A DNA stretch of 64,000 nucleotides from Octopus vulgaris (GCA_951406725.2 OX597831.1:43648001-43712000), one strand, 5' to 3'. Shown: positions 26,441-41,016, counted from the first letter of the stretch. Notes: generated by a model not told the origin, from the letters alone. A program made the numbers and translations.

Positions 26441-27197
26441 GACGACGGGCTTCTTTTAGTTTCCGTCTACCAAATCCACTGACAAGGCTTTGGTCGGCCC
26501 GAGGCTATAGTAGAAGACACTTGCCTAAGGTGCCATGCAGTGGGACTGAACCCGGAATCATGTGGTTCGTAAGCAAGCTTCTTATGCTATTTTATTCTCA
26601 AGTCTTCCTCAGTCTATCACTATGACGTGTACTCTTTAACACTAACTCATAAAGCCCAGCAAGCTCCCATGCATTCATATCTTCGTTTTCTATTGACTAG
26701 ATAGATAGATAGATAAATAGATAGATAGATATAAAGGCCCTGGGTTTTAAGGTAAAGAGGAAGTAAGGATTTGAAAAGATTCTTGATTACATTAGTACAA
26801 ATCAAGTGAAATAACTTCATCTAGAAATTGAGACTACTATTTAACCTTAGCTTGCAGTGGTACTTACTTTCTGTAGTCACAGATTAACTAAATAATAGTA
26901 CGTAATAATTTTCAATTAGATTGCTTGGATAAGTTGAAAGATTTTTCGACCCTCAAGCATTCAGATAACTGTTAAATGCAATACTTTTCTATTGACATTG
27001 TTTTGAAGTAATCCTGCATTATTTTGTAGCTTTGGGATTTCAATGTTGTGATTGTTTATTTTTAGAATGACATTGTAGGGCAAGTGTAAGAGACCAGATC
27101 TGGTCAGTTTGAACATGAAACAGATTATTTGAGTCTAATATGACTAGTTTAAATGCTTAAGTGTTAACCCCTTTTGCATTCAGTTTACTGTCAGATG

Positions 27198-27584
27198 GGA
27201 GGCGCAATGGCCCAGTGGTTAGGGCAGCGGACTTGCGGTCATAGGATCGTGGTTTCGATTCCCAGACCGGGCGTTGTGAGTGTTTATTGAGCTAAAACAC
27301 CTAAAAGCTCCACGAGGCTCCGGCAGGGGATGGTAGTGATCCCTGCTGTACTCTTTCACCACAACTTTCTCTCACTCTTACTTCCTGTTTCTGTTGTACT
27401 TGTATTTCAAGGGGCCGGCCTTGTCACTCTCTGTGTCACGCTGAATATCCCCGAGAACTACGTTAAGGGTGCACGTGTCTGTGGAGTGCTCAGCCACTTA
27501 CACGTTAATTTCACGAGCAGGCTGTTCCGTTGATTCGGATCAACCGGAACCCTCATCGTTGTAACCGACGGAGTGCTTCCAACC
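27198..27584 (+). mobile_element. tRNA-derived SINE with 11-bp TSD, nested in a TTAA-MITE
   Basis: A box tggcccagtggt, B box ggtttcgattcc; TSD actgtcagatg at 27187-27197 and 27585-27595; host MITE 27164-27788. Confidence 0.85.
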
Positions 27585-27930
27585 ACTGTCAGATGTAATT
27601 CTTATTTATTCAGTTTGTTTTGAATTAATCATGGATTATCTCGTAGCTTTGAAATTTCCTTGATGTGATTGTTAACTTTTAGAATGACATTGTAAGGTAG
27701 ACATGAGAGGCCAGATTTCACCAGTTTGAACACGAAACAGATAGACTAACTGGGCTGAGTATGGCTGGTTCAAATGACAATGGGTTAAGCTTATGTTACA
27801 AGGTATCCATGGTACCCCACAGTAGGAATTAAACATGTAGCTGCAACATGAACTTCAAAAACCACATAGCCATGCTTATGCGATTAAGACACACACATAC
27901 ACACACACACATGTGCGTGAGTGCCAAAAC

Positions 27931-28152
27931 TACCACCACCACCACCACCACCACCATCACCACTACCACCACCACCACCACCACCTCCAGCACCACCACC
28001 ACCATCACCACTACCTCCATCACCATCACCACCACCACCATCACCACTACCACCACCACCACCACCACCATCACCACTACCACCCCCCACCATCACCACC
28101 TCCACCACCATCACCACTACCACCACCATCACCACCACCATCATCATCATCA
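27931..28152. repeat. (CAC/CAT)n trinucleotide repeat
   Basis: Direct inspection; similar tracts at 1460-1720, 3816-4043, 10330-10700, 16360-16620, 52900-53140. Confidence 0.95.
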
Positions 28153-28365
28153 TCCACTTTTCGATACTCACATGAATCAGATGGAATTTTGTTGAGGCAG
28201 ATATTCTAAAGCTGGATGACCGCCCAGTCACCAACCCTCACCAGTATCCAAGTCAGTAACATTTCCTTATGACCAGACATGCTTTCACAGAAGATTGGGA
28301 ATGAAGGCCAGGAATATCACCAAGCTGGAAATGTTTATTATTACACAGTCTCAAGGCAAGTAGAC

Positions 28366-28403
<38 letters not shown>

Positions 28404-28547
28404 TATAACTGAGAGACCCCAATTTCCAGTACTCAGAGATCCTCATTTCTAATCATCGACTGGTAAGCCAAACCTGCTTTTCTTTTGAAATATTCATGTT
28501 TTAAATATTTTTGAAAATATAAAATGGCAGTTTGAAGAAAACACTTA

Positions 28548-29020
28548 TAATAATAATAATAATAATAATTGTGTACAGTGCTCAGGTGCACTACAACTCG
28601 TCTAAAGTGTATATATAATCAGGTATAGTTTCGGCGGATTTCGGAAAGCATGCAGTGTCATGGCAGTCAACAACTGACGCAGGCAGTCAACAACTGACGC
28701 AGGCAGTTTATTCCATGCTTCAGCAACTCTGAGCGTGAAAAAATGTTTCTGAAAGTCATGGGAGCTGTGTTGTTTTCTGACTTTGTAGGCATGTCCACGT
28801 GTGTTAAACACATGGAGAACAAAAAGGTGTTCAGTGTTGTTGTTGGTGAGGTGGTTGATAACTTTGTAGGTGTTTACCAAGTCCGTCGCCAGACGCCGGA
28901 GCTTCAGTGAATCCATGCCCAGGGAAACAAGGCGCTCAGAATATGGTAGGTGTCTGATGGAGGGTATGCGTTTGGTTGCACATCTCTGGACAGATTCCAG
29001 GAGGTCAATGTTCTGAGCAA
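28548..29020 (-). pseudogene. 5'-truncated CR1/L2-clade LINE, ORF2 C-terminal remnant
   Basis: ORF 28602-29072 contains IDLLESVQRCATKRIP...LPYSERL..LGMDSLKLRR...TRGH...FFTLRVAEAWNKLP, the typical CR1-group post-RT motifs; (TTA)n tail at 28548-28568. Confidence 0.85.
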
Positions 29021-32000
29021 TTATCCTTATGTTCTTATTGAACCTGAAAGCATGTGGTAGGGAAGCAAGCATCTAACCACACAGCTACACCTGTAACCTA
29101 TAATATTACCACACAGAATATAGGTGCTGTATTAATTTAATGTCTATGCTGTCGTTGACAAATGGCCTTTCATTTACCATTTTATATCTATCGTTGACTA
29201 CTTCTTTCCTCGGCTTCAACTTCTACCACCACTCCTATTCTAACCTCTACTTTGTAAAAACCTTTATTTCACAGCTAATTAAAAGCTTGCATACTAATAC
29301 AAAGAAATGAATTAAAATACTGAATAAAATTCATTCGTTTTTCATCACAATCAATATATGTTATGTCACCTGACATAAGAGACCAATATTTTCATTTGAA
29401 ACAATGCAGCAGCAGGAATCAAACATTTTCCCAGAATATATACCTTTTCAACTGATACATTAAACCAATAGCAGTTTGTAAATAACTGAGGTTTCTTTTA
29501 AGTGATTTGACCCTTTCTTCAGCCCATTATAATTTTTCATGAGAAGGGAGTCTAAAAACTGGAATTTTTAGTTATTGATATTTATAAGATCTCAGTGGTA
29601 ACGCTAATAGCTGTTTCTAATTTAGGTACAAAGTCAGAAATTTTGAGGGAGAAATTAGTTGATTAAATCAAACACAGTGCTGGATATTATATTTTTCCAA
29701 CCTCAAAAGGATGAAAGGCAAAGTTGACCTTATTGAGAAATTGTAACCCAGAACATGAAGGGCATTAAAGCTCTTTGAAAATACCAGAACTGAATACACT
29801 ATCAATCTGATAACAGTGATTCATTATCTAACATTTTTTCTACATAAAATATACAAAGCAACAGAAGACAAGGTTTATAGTATATCGAAATACTAATCAA
29901 AAGGTTAAAGGATCAAATCCCATTGCATGTTCGAAGTCAAAGAATTTAACTGTAACTGGTCCTGTTGATCCAGATGAATAGAAAAAAAAAACTGTTAATA
30001 AACAGTAATAGTTTATTTCGATAGGCAGTGGTAAAACCTGTACAATTTATAGGTGTTTAGTCAATCAGAGGTGATGAGTTCAAATCTTCTTGTGGTTCTA
30101 GTAAAAGTAATGTGAATTTGCTCAAATGTATTTGTTCATTGTTCGTTTAAAGTCTGCTTTCCATGTAGGCATGGGTTGGACGGTTTGACATGGAGCTGGC
30201 CAGCAGGGAGCAGTCCAGACTCCAACTGTCTGTTGTAGTGTGGTCTCTACAGCTGGATGCCCTTCCTAATGCCAACCACTTAACAGAATGTGCTGGGTTC
30301 TTATTATCTTATTAGATGTCACTGGCATGAATTGTTCCTTGAAAAATCTAGTTTTATATTCCCCTATAGTAGTGGTTGTGGAGGCTTATGGATTAGTGGT
30401 TAGGCTGGTGGACTCATTATCATAAGATTATGGTTTTGATTTCTGTACTGAGTGATGCATTATGTTCTTGAGCAAAACTCTTCATTTTACTCATTTCACA
30501 TTGCTCCAGTCCACGCCGTAGGGAAAAATGAGTAATACTGCAATGGCCCAGCATCCCATCCAGGAATGAATAAATACACCAGAGAAACCAAGAAACCAGC
30601 CCTATGCTCCTTACAGAGTAATTGTTGTGGTTCCCAGCATTTTGTAAGTGAATGTGGAGGCACATGGCTTAGTGGTTATTCTCCAACACACTGTAATTTT
30701 GATGAGGGATTTTTAAAAAAATGAGAATGACTGCGTGGTTAAGCCTTTTGAGACACAGTGTTTTGGTATGTATAGGCTGTGTGGTTAAGAAGCTTGCTTC
30801 CCAACCACATAGTTCTGGGTTCATTCCCACTGCATGGCACCTTGGGCAAGTATCTCCTACTCTAATCTCGGGTTGACCATGTTTGTAAGATAGTGGTTTT
30901 GATTCCTGGAGCAGGCGACGCGTATTTTTCAGTAAAACACTTTATTTCACATTGCTCCAGTTCACCCAGCTGGTAAATATGAGTTGTCCTGTGATGGACT
31001 GGCGTCCCATCCCGGTGGGGAATTTATATTCCACGGGCGTCAGGAAACCAGCTTTTATGAGTCGGTATGACAAAAGGTGACTTTACCTCTAACTTTACTT
31101 ATTTTGTAAGAGAACACTTCTATCTGCAAAGTTGCATTTAAAAAAAAACCCTCCCTCTGTTTTTGCAAAATAAGAAAGAAAGAAAGAAAGAAAGAAAGAA
31201 CTTAGCAGATTATTTTGTTAAAAACAAACTAATTTTGTGCAGTAATTTATTATCCATAATTTCCTAACCTGCCCAAGCCAGTATGTGGCTCTTTTAATAC
31301 TTGCCAGGGTTAATAGCTCCTATGTTAAATTTATATGGGAACTATCTAAGAAGGTAAGGAATTATATTTAGGTTAATATCATTAATGGATATAATAATAA
31401 TAACAACAGTGTCTTAGTCGAACAATTCAACCCCAAGATGTTTTTCTTTTAAAACCTGGTACTTATTCTATCGGTCTCTTTTTGCCGAACCGCTAAGTGA
31501 CGGGGACGTAAACACACCAGCATCGGTGTCAAGCAATGCTAGGGGGACAAACACAGACACACAAACACACACACGCATATATATATATACATATATACGA
31601 CGGGCTTCTTTCAGTTTCCGTCTACCAAATCCACTCACAAGGCTTTGGTCAGCCCGAGGTTATAGTAGAAGACACTTGCCCAAGGTGCCACGCAGTGGGA
31701 CTGAACCCGGAACCATGTGGTTGGTAAACAAACTACTTACCACACAGCCACTCCTGCACCATATATATATATATGTATATATATACATACAAATATACAA
31801 CGGGCTTCATTCAGATTTTGCCTACCACATCCACTTACAAGGCTTTCGTTGGCCTGAGGCCACAGAAGAAAACACTTGCCCCTGGTGTCACACAGTGGAA
31901 CTGAACCTGGGACCATGTGGTTGGGAAGCAAGCTTCTTACCACACAGCCAGATACACATGTATAATAAATAGTAAATATGTGTATATCTATACACACACA

Positions 32001-33429
32001 CACACATGCATATATGGGTACAGGACATCACCAACTGTGCAAATAACATGAAATACGTAAACAAACTAGTTAAATATGTAAACAATGAGAAAAAAAAAAA
32101 AGCAAACAGGATAAGTAAGCACAGAGAAAGGACTCTTCATCAGTTGTCGGCTGTCTATCTACTCCTCATTTCAAGCATTCAATCGGACAAAATTTTCATG
32201 CAAACTAAACCCTTCTAAATACATCAGTATATTCGTTACCTTTAAGATTAAAAGAAATAATTTAAGATATTCAATAAATCATTATGCTCCCAAAACAATA
32301 TTTAATGATTGTAAAATATCTAATTGCAACCATTTATTTGAAACAAGCTCATTTCTGACAACTGATAAAATATTCTCCGACACATATTGTAATTTTGATG
32401 AGGGTTTTTTTTTTTTATTATGAGAATGACTGTGTAATTGAATCTTTTGAGACATGTGGTATTTTGGTATGTGTAGGCTATGTGGTAAGAAGCTTGCTTC
32501 CCAACCACATGGTTCTATGTTCAGTCCCACTGTGTGGCACCTTAGGCAAGTGTCTTCTACAATAGTCACAAAGTCCTTTCGGCTTATATCACTTGGGCCA
32601 ATCAATCAGCCTGGGTGTCCCAAGAGGGTTAAGAAGCTTGCTTTGTGACCACGTGGTCTCAGGTTCAATCCTACTGTGCAGCACCCGGAGCAAGTGTTTT
32701 CTACTGTAGCATCAGGTTGACCAATTCTTTGTGAATGCATTTGGTAGAGGGAAACTGTATGGAAGCCTATCATATATGTGTGTGTGTGTGTATGTGTATG
32801 TTTGTGTGTGTCTCCATGTGTGTATATGTGTGTTTGTGCTTGTTGTGCATGTGTTTGTGTGTATTTTGTGTTTGTATGCATGTGTTTGTGTACATGTATT
32901 TTGGTGTGCATGTGTGTGTATGCATGCGTGTATGTGTGCATGTGTACATGTGTGTGTATGTGTGTGCAAGTCTTTGTGTTTGTCTCCTACCACCACTTGT
33001 CAAATGGTGTTCGTTTTGCATACCCATAACTTAGCGGTTCAGCTAAAAGTATTAACAGAATCAATTTGATAACTAAACCCGTCAAGGTGATGCCCCAGCA
33101 TGGTCACAGTCCAAGGACTAAAACAAAAAAATTGGTAGAAGATAGAAAAGATAATGTACCTGTTTAGATATTTTCTTATCTCTAAGAAAATTCAAAACCT
33201 TTCTAGATACCCCTTCATATTTGTTACCCCTTGTGAGCTCAAAATGCCCCCACCTACCTATGTATATTGACTGCACAGGTTAAAGAATTACAAACCATCA
33301 GGAATACCAAGAATTTTCTATGACTCATCAAGGATCCTTTTCTTCTACACAGAAGAGCAATGTCATAATTCCAACTACAGCTTTCTTCAATGTGGCATTT
33401 GGTTCCTACAGAATGCATTTTGTACCTTC

Positions 33430-33469
<40 letters not shown>

Positions 33470-33858
33470 ATTATTATTATTATTTTATATATATATATAT
33501 TCTTTTATTTGTTTCAGCCGTTTGCGGCCATGCTGGAGCACTGCCTTTAGTTGAACAAATTGACCTCAGGACTTATTCTTTGTAAGACTAGAACTTATTC
33601 TATCGGTCTCTTTTGCTGAACCACTGAGTTATGGGGACGTAAACACACCACCATCAGTTGTCAAGCAATGGTGGCGGGGGGACAAACATAGACATACATA
33701 TATGATGGGCTTCTTTTAGTTTCCGTCTACCAAATCCACTTACAAGACTTTGGTCAGCCCGAGGCTATAGTAGAAGACACTTGCCCAAGGTGCCATGCAG
33801 TGGGACTGAACCTGGAACTATATGGTTGGTAAGCAAGCTACTTACCACACAGCCACTC

Positions 33859-33901
<43 letters not shown>

Positions 33902-34261
33902 TAAGGAGTTGAATTCTCAACCACATGGTTCTCAGTTCAGTCTCACACCACTGTGTGGCATCTTGAGCAAGTTGTCCTCTACTATAGCTCTGGGTCAAAC
34001 CAAAGCCTTGTGAGTGGATTTGGCAGATAGAAACTGAAAGAAGTCCATTGTATATACAAATCCAGCCCAAATATTCTAGTTGTATTTTTTTTTTTTAATT
34101 TTCATTTTAAAAAATTTTTATTATTATGTTCAAACTGGCCAGATCCAGCCTTTCAAACCAACCGCAAAAATTAGCAATCACATCACTGAAATCTTGAAGC
34201 TACGAGATAATGCATGATTAAATTCGAAACAATGTGAATAATGTAAGTATTGCATTGTGCT

Positions 34262-34512
34262 TGGAGGAGGAGGGAGGAAGATGATGATGAGGAGGAGGTG
34301 GAAGGTGGAAGGTGGAGGAGGGAGAGGAGGAGGAAGGGGAGGAAGATGAGGAGGAAGAGGGGGAGAAGGAAGATGAAGGGAAGGAAGATGAGGAGGAAGA
34401 GGGGAGAAGGAAGAGGAGGAGGAGGAAGATGGGAGGAGGAAGATGAGGAGGAGGAAGACGAGGAAGAGGAAGATGTGGAAGAGGAAGATGAGGAAGAGGA
34501 AGTTGTGGAGGA

Positions 34513-34543
<31 letters not shown>

Positions 34544-34544
34544 A
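34262..34544. repeat. (GAG/GAA)n purine-rich low-complexity tract
   Basis: Direct inspection. Confidence 0.9.
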
Positions 34545-34944
34545 GGCTACTATGCAACTCTCAGTTCTTGCCTAAGTTCTCAATACAACGGATGCTGGAT
34601 CGATCCTTGCACATCATTCATTGTCAGTTGATAAAGATAAGCAAATTCTTTTTGAGGTTTCGTTTTGTTTTTTGCTTTTGTTTTTTTTTTTTAATCATAA
34701 GTTTAGAGTTGATATTCTTATACTTCGCTCTAATCTTAAGAATTCAATACACATATCGATATGATCTTTGTGATTTACACTGAAGGGATCAATGTAATTT
34801 AAAACTGAAAGGGAGTGGTGGTGGTGGTGGTGGTGTTGGTAGGGGATGGAGAAAATAATCATACTCTACAAAGCAACAACGATGGCATTAATTATTACTT
34901 TAGTAATATATACGTGCATATATATCTATCTATCTATCTATCTA

Positions 34945-34991
<47 letters not shown>

Positions 34992-35622
34992 CACAATACA
35001 TATTACAGATCTCTCTTATCGTGATTAATTAAAAGGAGGTTTCTGTAATTATGATTTGAATATCAAAACAAATCAATTAAATCTCTTGAAGTTAATTATT
35101 TATTATGCTTACTTTGTGGATTCTGATGTCAATGAAACCTCGTTAGAGTGAATGCGAAATTGAGGAATTTGATGGATGAATATGAGCATGTTTAAATCAG
35201 TTTGATACTAGCCTACCTCTGATTCTAACCTACCACTCCTCTGGTTTCGTGATACGAAACCGCTAATTTCAATGTGTTTTGTGTTTAGTAGATCAAAACC
35301 TTTCGGTGATAATTTTGTGTTAGATAACAGTTTGAGTAGAAAAATGGTTAGAACACATGATTATAGTGTTTTAGTTGTTTTACTAAAAAAGAGAAAAAAA
35401 AAAGCTTCACTGCTTTCTTTTGTCATCATCATCATCATATATAAATATACATATGAATGTATATATGTGTGAATGTATATGTGTGTATATGTATATGTAT
35501 ATCTATATCTATATATGTGTATGTATGTGTGTATGTATGTATGTATCCATCTATCTATATATATATATATATATATACACACACATATATGTATATCTAT
35601 CTATCTATCTATCTACCTATCA

Positions 35623-35715
<93 letters not shown>

Positions 35716-35930
35716 ATTATTATTAATAATAAAGAATATGGAGACTTGTACATCCGAAAACTTCTATAGTTATATACACCATATTATAATAACCTACACG
35801 TGTTTCTGTGCAGTGAGTAGTCGCTGCAGTGGAAACACATGTACGTCATTATAACATGCTGTATATAGCTATAAAATAAATTTTCTAGATGTACAAGTCT
35901 CTATACCCTTTATTATTAATAATAATAATA
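35716..35930. repeat. ~105-bp-arm imperfect palindrome (head-to-head Penelope-like fragments)
   Basis: attattaataataaag..gagacttgtacatc / gatgtacaagtctc..ctttattattaataat; each arm holds the HHR 3' half GAAAC-AC(A/G)T-GTA. Confidence 0.7.
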
Positions 35931-36111
35931 TATACTCCAGCCAATTTTTACTGTCCAGTGAAGAGTACATGGACTTACTCATTGGAAAAATTCACAGAGT
36001 GACTAGCAACAAATTGTAGTCACAGATGTTAAATACTGATCGTAATGGTTAGCCATTAACTGGATCTTAACTGAGAGCTACTATAGTATCCACCCAGATA
36101 ACATGTCCCAT

Positions 36112-36149
<38 letters not shown>

Positions 36150-36151
<2 letters not shown>

Positions 36152-36557
36152 TTTTACTCTTTACACTTTTACTTGTTTCAGTCATTTGACTGTGGCCATG
36201 CTGGAGCACCGCCTTTAGTCGAGCAAATCGACCCCAGGACTTATTCTTTGGAAGCCTAGTACTTATTCTATTAGTCTCTTTTGCCGAACCGCTAGGTTAT
36301 GGGGACGTAAACACACCAGCCTCGGTTGTCAAGCGATGTTGGGAGGACAAACGCAGACAACCAAACACACACATACATATATATACATATATATGACGGG
36401 CTTCTTTCACTTTCCGTCTACCAAATCCACTCACAAGGCTTTGGTTGGCCCGAGGCTATAGTAGAAGACACTTGCTCAAGGTGCCATGCAGTGGGACTGA
36501 ACCCGGGACCATGTGATTCGTAAGGAAGCTACTTACCACACAGCCACTCCTACGCCT
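36150..36557 (-). mobile_element. SINE family A, full length
   Basis: Near-identical to 9410-9827. Other copies at about 31413-31757(-), 33500-33861(-), 53500-53935(-), 56354-56757(-), 57705-58095(-). Confidence 0.85.
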
Positions 36558-37307
36558 ATATATATTTATATATGATTCAGTCTCAGGTTCAGCCCCACTA
36601 CATGGAACCCAGGGCACATGTCTTCTACTATAGCTCTGGGCTGACCAATGTCTTGTGAATGAATTTGGTAGATGGAAACTGTGTGGAAGTCTGCCATGGA
36701 TTAGTTCCTAGCTGCAAGTAACAGCAGTGCTTGCATTCACATGTATTCTGTTTACTTGCGTGTTTTCATTTTCATTTCTTTCTGTATTTCGTCTTTACAC
36801 AGTACTGCCTGTTGGCTGGTGTTTGTTTGTTTTCATTCCTACAGCTTAACAGTTTAGCAAAACAGAAACTGATAGAGAAACTACAATATTTAAAAAATTA
36901 AGTTACAGGATTCTTTCATCAACTACAAAGTGGTGCTCCAGTGGGGTCACACTTCAATCAACTGACACCGTTAAAAGTGTCAAAGAATAAGGAATCATAA
37001 GATTTCACGGGAGAAAAACAAGAATAATGAAGTCACTTTTATTGCAAAATAGAGAAAAGTAAAAAGAATTGTGTGGCTAAGAGGTTTGCATTGCAACCGT
37101 GTGGTTTCAGGTTCAGTCCCACAGTGTGGCGCCTTGGGCAAGTGTCATAAACTATAGTCTATGACCGACCAAAATCTTGTGAGTGAATTTAGTAGACGGG
37201 AATAGTGTGGAAGCTCATTGTTTATATAGATACACACATACATAGATATACATGCATATATCTGTGTGTGTATGTGTATTTACATATATACACATACACA
37301 CATATAA

Positions 37308-37362
<55 letters not shown>

Positions 37363-39371
37363 TACACACACATATACATATAAATATGCATACACATGCA
37401 TTAGATATACGTATACATACATACAGATATATATATAATATATATATTTGCACGCATAAATATACATATATATATATACACATATGCATATAAACATGCA
37501 TACACACACATACATATTAATATGCATGTATGTACCATACACACACACACATATAAACATATGCACACATACACATATACTGACACATACATACGTACGT
37601 ACATCCATACATGCATACATACACATATGCATGCATGCATGGAAACATACATACATATACAACATAACAAGCTTCTGTGCAGTTTACATCAATCCCATTA
37701 ATTTACAAGGCATTTATTGACCTGGGGCTATAGAAGTCACATGCCCAAAGTGCCTTCCTGTGAGACTGAACCCAAAACCACATGTTTGCAAAGCAAACTT
37801 CTTAACCACACAGCAATTAAAAGTTGTTGTTTGTTTATTTTATAATTCCCAAGCAAAGATACAAATCATTTTTTATCTTTTTAATATATTTTGATAATCC
37901 AGTGACAGCCACTGCTCAATATCATCCAATATTTCCTTTTCTCATTTAAAACAATAAGATGCAGTTTGAACGAGATTTGACTGCTATTTCTAGCAGACTG
38001 AGCAACAACACAGAGAATTTGCTTCAATGAGTGATCTCAAGTTTATGAGTAGGATACCGAATGACAAAGTCAAGAGGTTGGTGGGAGTAGAGTAGAACCT
38101 TTCACCAAGGCTGTATAATGCCCATGGCTAAAACACATAACTCTCAGCTGCCAATCCACCAAGCTGTAAGTAGCTACACTCACTAGTAGAGACAGCAGTG
38201 GCAGCAACATCATTCTGGAACTGACAAAAGATTTGTTGGCTTGCAGGACTGAGTTTAATTGCTCCTGTCAGAAAGGCTTCCTTGCAATAGACCAACATCC
38301 ATAACCTGGAGAAGATTTATCCCTTGTTCTACTTTATGCTGTGTAAACCAGGGAGATAAGCATTGACTATATTTTGATTTAGTAATGTTTAATCCCTTAA
38401 ATGTTGTTTATAGTTTCAGAAAAACACCCCGTCAATAAATTCACACATTGCCAAATGGCTGAGAATAAGAGAATGACAATTGAAATAGTCAAGGCAGTTG
38501 ACTGCTGAGGGGATGACGGTGATGGTGATGGTGACGGTGCCGGTAACGTTGACAATGATAGTGACGGTGACAGTGGTGGTAACGTTGACAGTGGTGTTGG
38601 TGGGTGGGGAAATGTTATTTTATTGTAATTATTTGATAGTTTGGCTCATTGATTTTAAACATTTATAAGGTCTATGTATTGCCTCTTTTCCTCATGCAAT
38701 TCATGCAGTAGATAATACTAACATTCAGAATTTAGTTTCAACTTAGAATGAAGATAATCGTCTTATTGGTGTTTTTCCAGGTAGATATACAGGCATTTTT
38801 TTGTTTTTTTTATTTTTGAAACCTTCTAATAAATTACTCACACACATCACAACAGAAAACATTACATTCATAAATACATAGACAAACACACATACACACA
38901 CATATATAGAAACACATACACACCTATACACTCATTTATGCAGACATGTCCTCAAATGCACATTTCTTTATTAGTCTATCGTTTGGTTTAGAACTAAAAG
39001 CATAGATGTCCCTAAATTAATTAGTCTAAAATTTCAAGGCCTTCACAATCTCATTTCCAATTAAACTGGCATAATGCAGTTCATGCATTAAAAAAGTTGT
39101 AATCTGAACATTGTCATAAGATATGCATCAACCACACACACATACATGTATGCATACATATACACACACACACATATACATGTATATATATATATACACG
39201 CATACACACACACACATATATAGATATATAGATATATATGTGTATATAAATATATGTGTGTATATGTATATATATATATTTATACATGTGTACATACACA
39301 CATATATATATCTATATACATATATATGTATGTATATATACACTCATATATATATGTATGAGTGAGTATTC

Positions 39372-39425
39372 ATCACAACTGTCTGATGAACTGGAAGGTG
39401 AAACTCTGAGTAACAGTGTTGTGAT
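39372..39425 (+). ncRNA. Minimal type I hammerhead ribozyme, canonical core
   Basis: ATCACAACTGT-CTGATGA-ACT-ggaa-GGT-GAAAC-TC-t-GA-GTA-ACAGTgtTGTGAT: all core nucleotides present, 11-bp stem I with a 2-nt bulge; predicted cleavage after 39412. Confidence 0.7.
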
Positions 39426-40426
39426 AATTTTGCAGCTTTAATAAAAAAAGTATACATATATACATACACATATAATACAAGTGTGTGTGAGTGTTTTTGT
39501 GTGTGTGTGTATGTGTGTGTGCGTGCACTTATGTACGCATATACAATATTAGTTTATCACACCTAACATCACCAACCTTAATATCACAACGAAATTGCAG
39601 TACAATCTCTGCTAAACTGTAACTAAAAACAAATTCTAAACTGTGAACAATAACATAACAACAACATCTGGAGTGAACTCAGTGGCAAAAGTATCAAGAG
39701 CTAAATATTTGATTGTAAATATAGAGATAGAAGCGGAGAGGTAGGCCAGATAATATATCAAATGATAGATATATAGTTATATTATATATGACCTGAGGAA
39801 ACGGACCTTTAGAAGAACACACAAAAGGTAAAGATGAATGGAAAATAAGCCCCACCTATGTCAGCTTGAAGAGAATGCATGAAAATTGGTGAAGATAATG
39901 AACAATAGAAAGCATTTCAAAATGAGTCCAGCAATGAAGTAATTACACATTTCTTAGATGCAGTTCAAAAGGAAGATGAGAATAAAGATTTAGATAAAAT
40001 CATAGAAATTATTAATGTTATTTATCTTCAACTAACTCATGAATAGAAATGATCTTGTTAGAAGCAAAATGGCAGCAACAATCAAGAGTGTTGTTGTTCA
40101 GCTCTAGGTCATTGTTAATCGAAAATGATCTTTGATTAAATGGCACCTAAGCTACGACCATCCTTTCTTTTTAGGGGTAGATATCTAGGATTATCTTAGG
40201 AGGGTCGTTACGCCGGTAATAAACATGATGTTTGTTACTGGTATAAAGACCAACCCAAAATATACCAAAATTTGTTTCAGTGCATAAGTTAACATCAAGA
40301 ATGCTGCAAACCAAACACTAACAGAAAAAAAAACAACAACAGAAAAAAAAAAGAAAAGAAAACAACATAACAAAGATAAAATATCTAAGACTACATTATC
40401 AAATAGTGGAGGCACATAGCCTAGTT

Positions 40427-41016
40427 GGCGAAGTTTCGTTTGTCGTAGCACAGGTTTCCGTCGATTTCCGTAAAAAACTTTTATTTTTTTACATATGGCT
40501 TTGCGGGAATATTTGAAGTAATGAGAGTGAAAGAGACTAAGAGGAAGCGATTTTATGACGAGGGAATTTCTTTTTGAAGTCCCCATGTGTGTGTTTGATG
40601 GGGTGTGGGAGACAGACAGTATGTTGTGTAAGTGAAGTGCTTCTGTTAGTGTGTGCGAAGAGACAGAGAGAGTAATGTGTGAAAGAGAGAGATAACTGAA
40701 ATTTTTTACTCGGTGTATGTGTATATGTTGTGTGTGTGTGTATGTATCTATGTATGTGTGTGTATATATGTGTGTGTGTGTGTGTGTATGTATGTATGGC
40801 CGATTCAGTGTAACTTTTTACTCGGTGTATGTGTATATGTATGTCTGCATGTATGTGTGTATGTGTATGTATCTATGTATGTGTGTGTGTGTATGTATGT
40901 GTGTGTGTATGTATGTGTGTATGTATGTATGTATGTATGTATGTATGGCCGATTCAGTGTTTACATTTTTTACGGAAATCGACGGAAACGTGTGCTACGA
41001 CAAACGAAACTTCGCC
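40427..41016. mobile_element. Merlin-type MITE inserted into the A box of a SINE
   Basis: ~50-bp TIRs ggcgaagtttcgtttgtcgtagcaca.gtttccgtcgatttccgtaaaaa with 1 mismatch; 8-bp TSD gcctagtt (40419-40426, 41017-41024); GG termini. Confidence 0.75.

Noticed and set aside
31526-31972. Recurrent peptides such as IVEDTCPRCHAVGLNPEPCGW and RGYSRRHLPKVP
   Set aside because: Antisense translations of SINE family A, not a gene family.
32120-32180. CTGATGA-A-GAG on the minus strand
   Set aside because: No downstream GAAA and no closable stem I in a permuted topology; not called a ribozyme.
35118-35148. CTGATGT-CAAT-GAAAC-CTC-GTT
   Set aside because: A9 missing and no stems I or II; chance match.
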